Shown here piece after piece: positions 10,179 to 20,322 of a DNA stretch of 35,046 bases. The stretch is from Dehalococcoidia bacterium (GTDB taxonomy: Bacteria > Chloroflexota > Dehalococcoidia > DSTF01 > JACRBR01), in contig JBGQBE010000033.1 of NCBI GenBank assembly GCA_041494685.1, positions 1 to 35,046 on the forward strand, written 5' to 3'. The notes below the pieces were generated by a model. The model was not told the DNA's origin and did not search any database. It was given only the letters and a program-made list of their open reading frames with translations. The translations under genes and the position numbers were made by a program. The first letter of the stretch is position 1; each line of letters opens with the position of its first letter.

Positions 10179-11402
10179 ATGCTAAAGCGACACACGGCCT
10201 CTGCCCGTTCCCGATCACGCAGGACGTTCCGAGTATTGGCGGCGCTTGCCGCGGTCGCGCTGACGCTGCTCACCATGGGCAGCACCGTGCGCGCCGGGGC
10301 GCCGCCCAACCTGCCAAGCAACGTGCAACTGGAGCAGTGGGAGACGAAACCTGCCGGCAACTGGATCACCGGAAGTCTCAACGCCAACAACTCGGATTAC
10401 ATCGAGGGGCAGGTCGTGCCGTTTCGCCTCGTGATCCCGTCGAACATCGACGCCGGCTCGTACGGCTTCTCCGTCTGCCGCAATTACGAAGACGGCGAAC
10501 GCCGCGGATATCTCTTCCACGCGCCATTCAACACCGACCGAGCGGCCGATCCCGGCGGAACGATCGTCTCGACGCAGGATGGCTTTTCGGCGGTCAACGC
10601 AACGCTGGTGTCCGTGACGGACGTCGGCGGGCGGGGCGACTGCAAGGCGGGCGACCGCCAGGAGATCGTGTCCATCGAGAAGAACGCCGGCGCGGCGTAC
10701 GTGCTCTGGGGCGGCCACCTGGCCGCGCCTGACGATCCCGGCGTGGGCGCAGGCAACAGCGCCGCATTCTGGCCGGGCGCCAGCCTCCACATGAAGCTCA
10801 TGTCGCCATCCAAGGACGTCGCGATCCAGACGTGCACCGGGCTTGCCACTCCGACGCCAGGGATCACCTCAACCGCGGTGATCACCCCGCCCGCGACAAA
10901 CACGTCCGTCCCGCCGACGCACACCACGACGCCGCCTCCTTCGACCGATACACCAGTCGCGGCGACCGCCACGCAGCCACCCACGTCTACCAGCACGCCG
11001 GTGCCGCCCGCGACCGATACGCCGATACCGCCCGCGACCGAGACGCCGGCACCCGGAAACACTCCGACCGCCGCCGCGGCATCCGCAACGCCGGTGAACA
11101 CGGCGACGGCGACGCAGATCCCTTCCGGGTCGCAGACCACGAATACACCCGCTGCTGTCAGGACGCCGACGCCCACGTCCACCAGCGCGGCGGCGACGGC
11201 CACCCGCATCTCGGAGCAGGCGGCGGCCGGCATGCAGCCGCGCCAGCTTCCGAGCACCGGCACCTGCTCAACGGCGCCCGACGCCGGCACGCCGTGGCTG
11301 CCGCTCACGCTCGTGCTCGCCGCCCTCGTGATCGCCGGTACCGGCGCCGGGTTCTGGTTCGCCCAGCGCCGCAACGGCGGAAGTCCCGACGCTCACGCGT
11401 GA
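10179..11402 (+). CDS. Cell-surface protein: signal peptide, beta-rich domain, Pro/Thr linker, LPxTG sorting signal
   Basis: N-terminal signal ending TVRA; long P/T-rich linker; LPSTG followed by a hydrophobic TM and an RR tail. Start uncertain (10134 or 10179). Confidence 0.75.
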   Translation: MLKRHTASARSRSRRTFRVLAALAAVALTLLTMGSTVRAGAPPNLPSNVQLEQWETKPAGNWITGSLNANNSDYIEGQVVPFRLVIPSNIDAGSYGFSVCRNYEDGERRGYLFHAPFNTDRAADPGGTIVSTQDGFSAVNATLVSVTDVGGRGDCKAGDRQEIVSIEKNAGAAYVLWGGHLAAPDDPGVGAGNSAAFWPGASLHMKLMSPSKDVAIQTCTGLATPTPGITSTAVITPPATNTSVPPTHTTTPPPSTDTPVAATATQPPTSTSTPVPPATDTPIPPATETPAPGNTPTAAAASATPVNTATATQIPSGSQTTNTPAAVRTPTPTSTSAAATATRISEQAAAGMQPRQLPSTGTCSTAPDAGTPWLPLTLVLAALVIAGTGAGFWFAQRRNGGSPDAHA

Positions 11403-11445
11403 CCCGCTCCGGGCCGGGGCGACTCCAATCCATGTGTAATCGATA

Positions 11446-11475
11446 TCCACCGCGCGGGCATGCCCGCGCGGTGGA
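11446..11475. repeat. 30-bp perfect palindrome TCCACCGCGCGGGCA|TGCCCGCGCGGTGGA
   Basis: Read directly from the sequence; intergenic, 44 nt after the LPxTG gene; no U-tract. Confidence 0.85.
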
Positions 11476-11583
11476 CGTGCTCCTCGCTCGCACCATGCCT
11501 GAGCACGCGGCGCCGTCAGCTGTGGATGGGAGGGCGGCAACGCCTGACGGTACACTCCGCACAGCGCCGCGGAGGGCGCCGGC

Positions 11584-12399
11584 ATGGACGAGCACATCGA
11601 AGCGAACCGCAGGCACTGGGACGAGATCGTGCCGATCCACGCGGGCAGCGACTTCTACGCCGTGGATGCGTTCCGCACCGGCCATTCGAAGCTGAAGCCG
11701 GTCGAGTTGGCCGAGTTGGGCGACGTGCGCGGCAAGACGCTGCTGCACCTGCAGTGCCACTTCGGACTCGACACGCTGTCGTGGGCGCGGCACGAGGGCG
11801 CTATCGTCACCGGCATCGACTTCTCGGAGCAAGCGATCGCCACGGCACGGGCGCTCGCAGCGGAGTGCGGCATCGACGCGCGCTTCCTCGTGTCGGAGCT
11901 GTACGCGCTGCCCGACAACCTGGACGGCCAGTTCGACGTCGTCTTCACGTCGTACGGCGCGATCACGTGGCTGCCGGACATCCGGCGCTGGGCGGAGGTG
12001 GCGGCGCACTTCGTAAAGCCCGGCGGCACGTTCTACGTCGCCGAGTTCCACCCGTTCTCGTACGTCTTCGACGATGACCCCGGCGTCACTGACCTCCGTG
12101 TGCGCTACCCCTACTTCCACGATGACGAGCCGTTGCGGTTCGAAGGCGAGGCCGACTACGCCGACCGCACGGCGACGTTCGAGAACCGCGTCACGTACAG
12201 CTGGTCGCACCCGATCAGCGACGTGGTGACCGCGCTGATCGAGGCGGGGCTCCGGATCGAGTTCCTGCACGAGTTCCCGTTCAGCACGTACCAGTTCCTG
12301 CCGATCACGGAACAGTCCCCGGACGGCACGGTCCGCCTGTCGAAGCACGACAGATGCGTGCCGCTCCTGTACTCCATCAAGGCGACGAAGCCGGCGTAG
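11584..12399 (+). CDS. Class I SAM-dependent methyltransferase
   Basis: LLHLQCHFGLDTLSWAR, VTGIDFS, FDVVFTSYG and VKPGGTFYVAEFHP. Confidence 0.9.
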   Translation: MDEHIEANRRHWDEIVPIHAGSDFYAVDAFRTGHSKLKPVELAELGDVRGKTLLHLQCHFGLDTLSWARHEGAIVTGIDFSEQAIATARALAAECGIDARFLVSELYALPDNLDGQFDVVFTSYGAITWLPDIRRWAEVAAHFVKPGGTFYVAEFHPFSYVFDDDPGVTDLRVRYPYFHDDEPLRFEGEADYADRTATFENRVTYSWSHPISDVVTALIEAGLRIEFLHEFPFSTYQFLPITEQSPDGTVRLSKHDRCVPLLYSIKATKPA

Positions 12400-12471
12400 G
12401 GGTAAGCTCTTCGCTACAAAGCAGCGATGCATCGTCTCGCGCGTGCGGGACGGCTTCCTTACACTGCGGCC

Positions 12472-13965
12472 ATGCCGAAGTACATCCTTGCGCTGGACCA
12501 GGGCACATCCAGCTCCCGCGCCGTCCTCTTCGACCACGCGGGCGCGCCCGTCGCCCAGGCGGCGATCGAGTTCCCGCAGATCTACCCGCAGCCGGGCTGG
12601 GTCTCGCACGACCCGGAGGCGATCTGGTCGTCCCAGCTCGACGCGGCGAAGCGCGTGCTGGCGGAGACAGGCACGGACGCCGCGGATATCGCCGCCATCG
12701 GCATCACGAACCAGCGCGAGACGACGGTCGTCTGGAACCGGGCGACCGGGCGGGCGATCAACGACGCCGTCGTGTGGCAGTGCCGCCGTACCGCCGCGAT
12801 CTGCGAGGATCTGCGGGCCCGCGGCCTCGAAGCTGAGGTGCGGTCGCGCACAGGGCTGCTGATCGACGCCTACTTCTCCGGCACGAAGGTGCGCTGGCTG
12901 CTCGACAACTCGGGCGCGGGCATGCAGGCGCGCGCCGAGGCGCGCGAGCTGGCATTTGGCACGGTGGACTCGTGGCTGATCCACAAGCTCAGCGGCGGCC
13001 GCGCGCATGTCATCGACGCCACGAACGCCTCCCGCACGATGCTCTACAACCTGCGCGAGGGCCGCTGGGACAAACGGATGCTCGCGGAGCTGGGCGTGCC
13101 CGCGGCGATGCTGCCGCGCGTCGTGGACAGCAGCGGCGTCGCGGCGGAGACCGACCCGGCGATCTTCGGCCGGGCGATCCCGATCGCGGGCATCGCCGGC
13201 GACCAGCAGGCAGCGCTGTTCGGCCAAGGCTGCTTCGATGCCGGCAGCGCCAAGAACACCTACGGCACCGGCTGCTTCATCCTGCAGCATACGGGCGAGC
13301 AGCCGGTCTTCTCGCAGAACGGCCTGCTCACGACTGTGGCCACACGGATCGGCGGCGTGCAGCGCTTCGCCATCGAGGGCAGCATCTTCATTGCCGGCGC
13401 GGCCGTGCAGTGGCTGCGCGACGGGCTGGGCATTATCAAGAGCGCCGCCGAGAGCGAGACGCTGGCCGGGTCGGTGCCGTCGAGCGGCGGCGTGTACGTC
13501 GTGCCAGCTTTCGCGGGGCTGGGCGCGCCGCACTGGGACATGTACGCGCGCGGCACCATCGCCGGCATCACGCGCGGCACGACGGCCGCGCACATCACGC
13601 GGGCGACGCTGGAGTCGATCGCGCTGCAGACGCTGGACGTGGTGGAGCTGATGGAGCGCGAGACGGGCGCGCAGATGCGGGAGCTGCGCGTGGATGGCGG
13701 CGCCGTGGCGAACAACTTGCTGATGCAGATCCAGGCCGACGTGCTCCAGCGCCCGGTCGTGCGCTCAGCCACCGCCGAGACGACGGCACTGGGGGCGGCG
13801 TACCTGGCCGGGCTGGCAACCGGCTTCTGGCGCGACCAGGACGAGATCGCCCGCATCTGGCGTTCGGGCGGCATCTTCGAGCCGCGCATGCCGGCGCCGG
13901 AGCGCGACGCGCTGGTCACCGGCTGGCGGCGCGCCGTCGAGCGCGCAAAGGGCTGGGCCACGTGA
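12472..13965 (+). CDS. glpK: Glycerol kinase
   Basis: [45 protein letters not shown] and RVDGGA motifs. Confidence 0.97.
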   Translation: MPKYILALDQGTSSSRAVLFDHAGAPVAQAAIEFPQIYPQPGWVSHDPEAIWSSQLDAAKRVLAETGTDAADIAAIGITNQRETTVVWNRATGRAINDAVVWQCRRTAAICEDLRARGLEAEVRSRTGLLIDAYFSGTKVRWLLDNSGAGMQARAEARELAFGTVDSWLIHKLSGGRAHVIDATNASRTMLYNLREGRWDKRMLAELGVPAAMLPRVVDSSGVAAETDPAIFGRAIPIAGIAGDQQAALFGQGCFDAGSAKNTYGTGCFILQHTGEQPVFSQNGLLTTVATRIGGVQRFAIEGSIFIAGAAVQWLRDGLGIIKSAAESETLAGSVPSSGGVYVVPAFAGLGAPHWDMYARGTIAGITRGTTAAHITRATLESIALQTLDVVELMERETGAQMRELRVDGGAVANNLLMQIQADVLQRPVVRSATAETTALGAAYLAGLATGFWRDQDEIARIWRSGGIFEPRMPAPERDALVTGWRRAVERAKGWAT

Positions 13966-15542
13966 CCTCACGCCTGAGCGCGGTCGCGGGCACGCGGTTC
14001 GATGTCATCGTCATCGGCGGCGGCATCAACGGCGCAGGCGTCGCCCGGGAGGCGGCGCTGCACGGCTACCGCACGCTGCTCGTCGAGCGGCTGGACTTCG
14101 GGGCAGGCACGACGTCGCGGGCGACGCGGCTGATCCACGGCGGCCTGCGCTATCTGGAGCACGGTGAGTTCGGACTAGTGTACGAGTCGCTGGGCGAGCG
14201 CGAGACGCTGGTGCGCGACGAGCCGCACCTGGTGCGCCCGATGCGGCTGCTGGTGCCCGTGTACCGCGGCGACGCGCGGCCGCCGTGGAAGGTGCGCATT
14301 GGGCTGGCGCTCTACGACCTCCTCTCCTTCCGCAAGTCGCTGCCTCGCCACCGGGCGATGCCACCGGCCGCGATCGACGCCTACGAGCCCGGACTCAGCC
14401 GCGAGGGGCTACGGGCCGCCCACACCTTCTACGACGCGCAGGTGGAGTTTCCGGAGCGGCTCGTCGCCCAGTCGGTGCGCGACCTGACCGATGCGGGGGG
14501 CGTGGCGCTCAACCACGTCGCCGTGACGGCGCTGCGCTCGCCCGGCGGCGTGCTGCGAGCGCTGGCGCTGCGCGACGAGCTGACGGGCGAGACGGCGGAC
14601 GTCGAGACGACGGTGGCGGTGAACGCGACCGGCCCGTGGGTGGACGAGGTGCTGGCCGACAGCGACGCCGAGCGGCACGACCGGCTGATCGGCGGCACGA
14701 AGGGCAGCCACATCGTCGTCGAGTGGGCGGGCGGGCCGCGCCACGGCGTCTTCGCCTCGGCGCACGGGGACGGGCGGCCGTTCTTCATCCTCCCGTGGCA
14801 CCGCTACACGCTCATCGGCACGACGGACCTGCGCTACGACGGCGACCCGTCGCGGGCGCGCTGCACGCCTGAGGAGCTGCGCTATCTGCTCGACGAGGCG
14901 ACGCGGCTGTTCCCGGCGGCGCCCCTGGCGCGCGGCGACGTGCTGTACACGTACTGCGGCGTGCGGCCGCTGCCGTACACGCCGAACGGCGACGAGAGCA
15001 CGATCTCGCGCAGCCACTTCGTCATCGACCACGTGAAGCGCGGCGGGCCGAAGGGGCTGCTCTCGATCGTCGGCGGCAAGCTGACGACGTACCGCGCGCT
15101 GTCGCGCCTGGCGATGCCGGCGATCGCGAAGCACGCCTCCCCATCGGGCGCGACGGCACCGGCAACCGGCGCCTGGACGCCGCGCGCCGGTACCGTGCGC
15201 GACGACGACCCGCTGGCGCTGTACGGCGCGCGCGCAGCCGAGGTGCGCGCGCTCATCGCCGCGGACGCGTCGCTGGGCGCGCCGATCTGCGAGCACAACC
15301 CGGAACTGCTGGCGCAGGTGGCGTACGCGGTGGAGCGCGAGCAGGCGCTGACGCTGGCCGACGTGCTGCTGCGCCGGCTGCCGGCCGGCTGGAGCAAGTG
15401 CCACGCCCTGGACGGCGCGGAGCAGGCCGCCGCGGTCATGGCGCGCGACCTCGGATGGGACGCCGCCCGCATCGCGGCGGAGGTGGCCGCGTACGGGCGC
15501 GAACTGCGCGAGACGCTGGTACCGGTGGACGACATCGACTGA
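13962..15542 (+). CDS. glpD: FAD-dependent glycerol-3-phosphate dehydrogenase
   Basis: [39 protein letters not shown] and [12 protein letters not shown] overlap with glpK. Confidence 0.94.
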   Translation: MTSRLSAVAGTRFDVIVIGGGINGAGVAREAALHGYRTLLVERLDFGAGTTSRATRLIHGGLRYLEHGEFGLVYESLGERETLVRDEPHLVRPMRLLVPVYRGDARPPWKVRIGLALYDLLSFRKSLPRHRAMPPAAIDAYEPGLSREGLRAAHTFYDAQVEFPERLVAQSVRDLTDAGGVALNHVAVTALRSPGGVLRALALRDELTGETADVETTVAVNATGPWVDEVLADSDAERHDRLIGGTKGSHIVVEWAGGPRHGVFASAHGDGRPFFILPWHRYTLIGTTDLRYDGDPSRARCTPEELRYLLDEATRLFPAAPLARGDVLYTYCGVRPLPYTPNGDESTISRSHFVIDHVKRGGPKGLLSIVGGKLTTYRALSRLAMPAIAKHASPSGATAPATGAWTPRAGTVRDDDPLALYGARAAEVRALIAADASLGAPICEHNPELLAQVAYAVEREQALTLADVLLRRLPAGWSKCHALDGAEQAAAVMARDLGWDAARIAAEVAAYGRELRETLVPVDDID

Positions 15543-15554
15543 GCCACCCAGCGA

Positions 15555-15584
15555 TTGACGCCGGCTCAACCTCCACGTTACGAT
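15555..15584 (+). promoter_or_regulatory. Sigma70-like promoter TTGACG-N18-TACGAT for the erm-like unit
   Basis: Near-consensus hexamers just after the glpD stop. Confidence 0.55.
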
Positions 15585-15596
15585 GCGCCCACTTCG

Positions 15597-15629
15597 ATGA
15601 ATAACGCGATGATAAGGCTGCAACGCTAA
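15597..15629 (+). CDS. Putative erm leader peptide MNNAMIRLQR
   Basis: ATG AAT AAC GCG ATG ATA AGG CTG CAA CGC TAA, AT-richer than its surroundings, between the promoter and a series of hairpins. Confidence 0.45.
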   Translation: MNNAMIRLQR

Positions 15630-15630
15630 C

Positions 15631-15789
15631 GTCCGCCCCCGCGGCGGACCACCCGGCCGATCACACCGGCCGGGCTCACCTCCTGTCACAGGACTCGTAG
15701 TTACGTGCCTGCTGACGGCGTCGATGCCGCGCGCCTTCCGTGATCCTGCCGATCCTTCCGCGACATCGCGCCTCCAGCGGGCTGGAGGT
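15631..15789 (+). promoter_or_regulatory. Attenuator-like hairpins; the last one sequesters the SD of the erm-like gene
   Basis: Stems GTCCGCC/GGCGGAC (15631-15649), CCCGGCCG/CGGCCGGG (15652-15674), TCCTG/CAGGA (15681-15693), and CCTCCAG/CTGGAGG (15771-15788) covering GGAGG. Confidence 0.6.
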
Positions 15790-15794
15790 ACAGG

Positions 15795-16628
15795 ATGCGT
15801 CGCTCCGATCCCCGGGTCACCCACCGCCGAGCCGAACTCTCCCAGCACTTTCTGCGCGATGCGACCGTCGCGCGCGCGATCGTACGCCGGCTGCGGTTCT
15901 CGCCAGGCGATCTCGTCGTGGAGGCGGGAGCGGGCGACGGCCTGCTCACGGAGGCATTGGCCGACGCCGGATTCCGCGTCGTCGCTGTCGAGAAGGATGA
16001 GCGGCTGTCCGGCCCGCTGCGGCGGCGGCTCGCGGGCCGGCCGAACGTCGCCTGCCACCACGCCGACTTCCTGGCGTTCCAGCTGCCGTCGATCGCGTAC
16101 CGCGTCGTGTCGAACGTGCCGTACGGCATCACCGCTGCTGTCGTGCGCAAGCTGCTGCACGCCGCCCGACCGCCCGATGAGGCCATGCTCATCGTGCAGC
16201 GGGAGGCGGCCGAGAAGTTCGCCGGCACGCCGCGCGAGACGCTGTTCTCGCTGCTGCACAAGCCGTGGTTCGAGATCGGCGTCGCCGGCGCCGTGGCACG
16301 GCGGGACTTCGCGCCGCCGCCGCGCGTCCGCAGCGCGCTGCTGCGGATCCAGCGACGCGACGCGCCGCTCGTCGCCGGCGACAGCGCGGCGGCCTACCGC
16401 TCGTTTATCACGGCGGCGTTCGGGCACGGCGCGCCAGAGGTGTCGCACGCGCTTCGCCGCTACGTCACCGCGCGGCAGGTGAAGCGCCTCGGTCACGATC
16501 TCGGTTTCTCGCGCGATAGCCGTGCGTCGCAGCTCACCTTCGATCAGTGGCTGAGCATCTTCCGTTTCGTCGAGCACGAGTGCCTGGGCCACGATCCAAC
16601 GCGGCGGCACATCGCGGCCGTGGCTTGA
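15795..16628 (+). CDS. Erm-like 23S rRNA adenine-N6 methyltransferase
   Basis: SQHFL, VEAGAGDG, AVEKD, SNVPYGIT, F.PPPRV.S and C-terminal LTFDQWLSIF. The C-terminus and leader look more like Erm than KsgA. Confidence 0.75.
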   Translation: MRRSDPRVTHRRAELSQHFLRDATVARAIVRRLRFSPGDLVVEAGAGDGLLTEALADAGFRVVAVEKDERLSGPLRRRLAGRPNVACHHADFLAFQLPSIAYRVVSNVPYGITAAVVRKLLHAARPPDEAMLIVQREAAEKFAGTPRETLFSLLHKPWFEIGVAGAVARRDFAPPPRVRSALLRIQRRDAPLVAGDSAAAYRSFITAAFGHGAPEVSHALRRYVTARQVKRLGHDLGFSRDSRASQLTFDQWLSIFRFVEHECLGHDPTRRHIAAVA

Positions 16629-16679
16629 CCCGGCTCCAGGCCGGCGCTACGGAGAATCAGGGTGTTCCCGGAGCCAACC

Positions 16680-16713
16680 AGCAACCAGCGATCAGCGACG
16701 AGGCGACCAGCTA
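16680..16713. repeat. Degenerate heptamer tandem repeats (AGCAACC AGCGATC AGCGACG AGGCGACC AGCTA)
   Basis: Roughly 7-nt periodicity between convergent genes. Confidence 0.45.
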
Positions 16714-17601
16714 AAGCAGTATCTTCTTCGGTGCGCCGGAGGGCTGGCGGCGGAAGTTGTGGATCAGCCAGCGCTTGAAGCCGTCCGCCTCCACTTCCTC
16801 AAGGCGGGCGCGCGATGGCGCCGTCAGCGCCTGCTGGACGCGGGCGGCGTAGTCGGCGAACGACGCGTGCGTCTCCGGGGTGACGTTCAGCACGTCCGGC
16901 ATGTGGGCGGCGACGGCGATCTGGCGCTCGCAGAGGCGGATCAGCCAGCCGAACTCGATCTCCGCCCAGCCGACGTGGAACGCGGAGTCGGCGAACGCGT
17001 ATGCCAGGCGGACGTTGTTCGACTCCGCGCCGGTCTCCAGCAGGGTTGCGCCGAAGTTGGGGCGGCCCAGGTCGCTCGATGCGCGATAGACGAGCCGCAG
17101 CCCGTCGTCGGCGGCGAGCGTGCTGCCGGCGAAGTAGTGGCCCATGCCGACGTCGAACGCCTTGCGCTCCTCGTCCGGCTTCAGGTGACCCAGTAGCCAG
17201 CCGACGTACTCGCCCATCTCGTCATGCTGGACCTGGTGCTCCGCCGCGATCAGTTCGCAGGCCGAGCGGACGAGGTTCGGTACCGACACGTAGGAGCCGC
17301 GCGTGACGAGCAGGCAGGCGTCGGCGAGGGCGGAGTAGGCGCGCGACCAGGTGCTGACGACGGCGGCGTAGGCGTGCGTGCGATAGCGTGAGTGCGACGA
17401 GTCGTGCAGGATACGAAGTTGCAGGCCCATGCCCTCGGCGAAGAGGCGCAGGTCGTTGCCGAGCACGAACTGCGTCTGGCGGTACGCGTCGTGCGGCGCG
17501 GCGCCGGCGGCGTCGTCCGGCTTGCCGGGAAGCGCATACGCCTCCGGGAGGACGATGCCGCTGACGCGCTGTCCGGGTGTGGGGAGAGGCGGCTGCACCA
17601 C
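16711..17601 (-). CDS. Hypothetical helical protein
   Basis: Long ORF with coding-like codon bias. GTG start at 17601 or 17598 abuts the J-domain gene stop. The upstream part of the tracked ORF overlaps that gene and is probably not real. Confidence 0.65.
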   Translation of the reverse strand: MVQPPLPTPGQRVSGIVLPEAYALPGKPDDAAGAAPHDAYRQTQFVLGNDLRLFAEGMGLQLRILHDSSHSRYRTHAYAAVVSTWSRAYSALADACLLVTRGSYVSVPNLVRSACELIAAEHQVQHDEMGEYVGWLLGHLKPDEERKAFDVGMGHYFAGSTLAADDGLRLVYRASSDLGRPNFGATLLETGAESNNVRLAYAFADSAFHVGWAEIEFGWLIRLCERQIAVAAHMPDVLNVTPETHASFADYAARVQQALTAPSRARLEEVEADGFKRWLIHNFRRQPSGAPKKILL

Positions 17602-18302
17602 TACGCGCGCCTCACGGCCTTGCGGCGGCGCGGCGCCACATACGCGGTGTCGGTCGCGGCGTAGACGTTGCGGCGCTTCGCCTCGAAGCCAGTGATCTTC
17701 ACCGGCACCACGCCGGTCCAGTCCCGTGCGACGAAGATGACGCGGGACAGGCCCGGAAAGCGTACCTTCGGCCCCAGCACCTCGACCTCGAACTCCGCCG
17801 TCTCGCCCGGCGCGACGGTGATCCGCCCGACCGGCCCGCGCACCCACGGCTCGGACGTCGATACGACACCGGCGAGCGTGCAGGTGCAGCGGTTGGTGAC
17901 GCACACCTTGCGGCGCACGCGGGCGTCGCCGCGCAGCTCCGACATGTCGACTTCGATCTCGGCGGGCGCGATGTGCGGCTCCGGTGCGTGGACGTGAGGC
18001 GGGCGGGCGGCCGGCACGTGCTCGGCGACGACGTTCTCCCAGTCCTCGTTCTCCGCCCAGGCCTGGTAGCGGCGGGCGTCGCCGCGGCCCCGCGCGCCGT
18101 CGTAAGCGCGGCGGCGGTCGGCGTTACCCAGCGTCTCGAAGGCGTGGTTCAGACGCGCCGCCTTGCGGTTGGCGTCGGGGTCGGCCGTGTTGGCGTCGGG
18201 GTGGACTTGGCGCATCAGGCGGCGGTAAGAGCGCTTGATCTCGGCGTCCGACGCGTTGGGGGCCACCTGCAGCACCTGGTAGTAGTCGAGTTCACGGTCC
18301 AC
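17601..18302 (-). CDS. J-domain (DnaJ class C) protein with C-terminal Ig-like/BACON-like domain
   Basis: [39 protein letters not shown]-terminal beta-sandwich with 'TSEPWV'; GTG start at 18302. Confidence 0.85.
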   Translation of the reverse strand: MDRELDYYQVLQVAPNASDAEIKRSYRRLMRQVHPDANTADPDANRKAARLNHAFETLGNADRRRAYDGARGRGDARRYQAWAENEDWENVVAEHVPAARPPHVHAPEPHIAPAEIEVDMSELRGDARVRRKVCVTNRCTCTLAGVVSTSEPWVRGPVGRITVAPGETAEFEVEVLGPKVRFPGLSRVIFVARDWTGVVPVKITGFEAKRRNVYAATDTAYVAPRRRKAVRRA

Positions 18303-18328
18303 GGTTGACAGTCTACCGTTCACGGTCG
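18294..18328. repeat. Five degenerate heptamer repeats (ACGGTCC ACGGTTG ACAGTCT ACCGTTC ACGGTCG)
   Basis: Exact 7-nt periodicity, consensus ACNGTYN. Confidence 0.6.
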
Positions 18329-18363
18329 GCTGGCGCGCGCGCCTAGTAGTGCCGGGCACGGGC

Positions 18364-18381
18364 TGCGGCGGGGCCGCCGCA
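18364..18381 (-). terminator. GC hairpin downstream of eno
   Basis: TGCGGCG/CGCCGCA stem; no clear U-tract. Confidence 0.3.
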
Positions 18382-18423
18382 CGCTGAACGCGCGGACCAC
18401 GGGAGGATGCGCATTCGGGGGCG

Positions 18424-20245
<1,822 letters not shown>

Positions 20246-20322
20246 GCGACGAGCATACCGGGGCGGCGCACAACGCGCGAGATAACGGGAGGTCCTGCGT
20301 CACCCAGCTGGAGCGTGCGCCC

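Noticed and set aside
10840..11215. Repetitive DNA (e.g. CCGCCCGCGACCGA twice) as a CRISPR or VNTR
   Set aside because: Explained by the Pro/Thr-rich linker codons; no constant repeat-spacer structure and no cas genes
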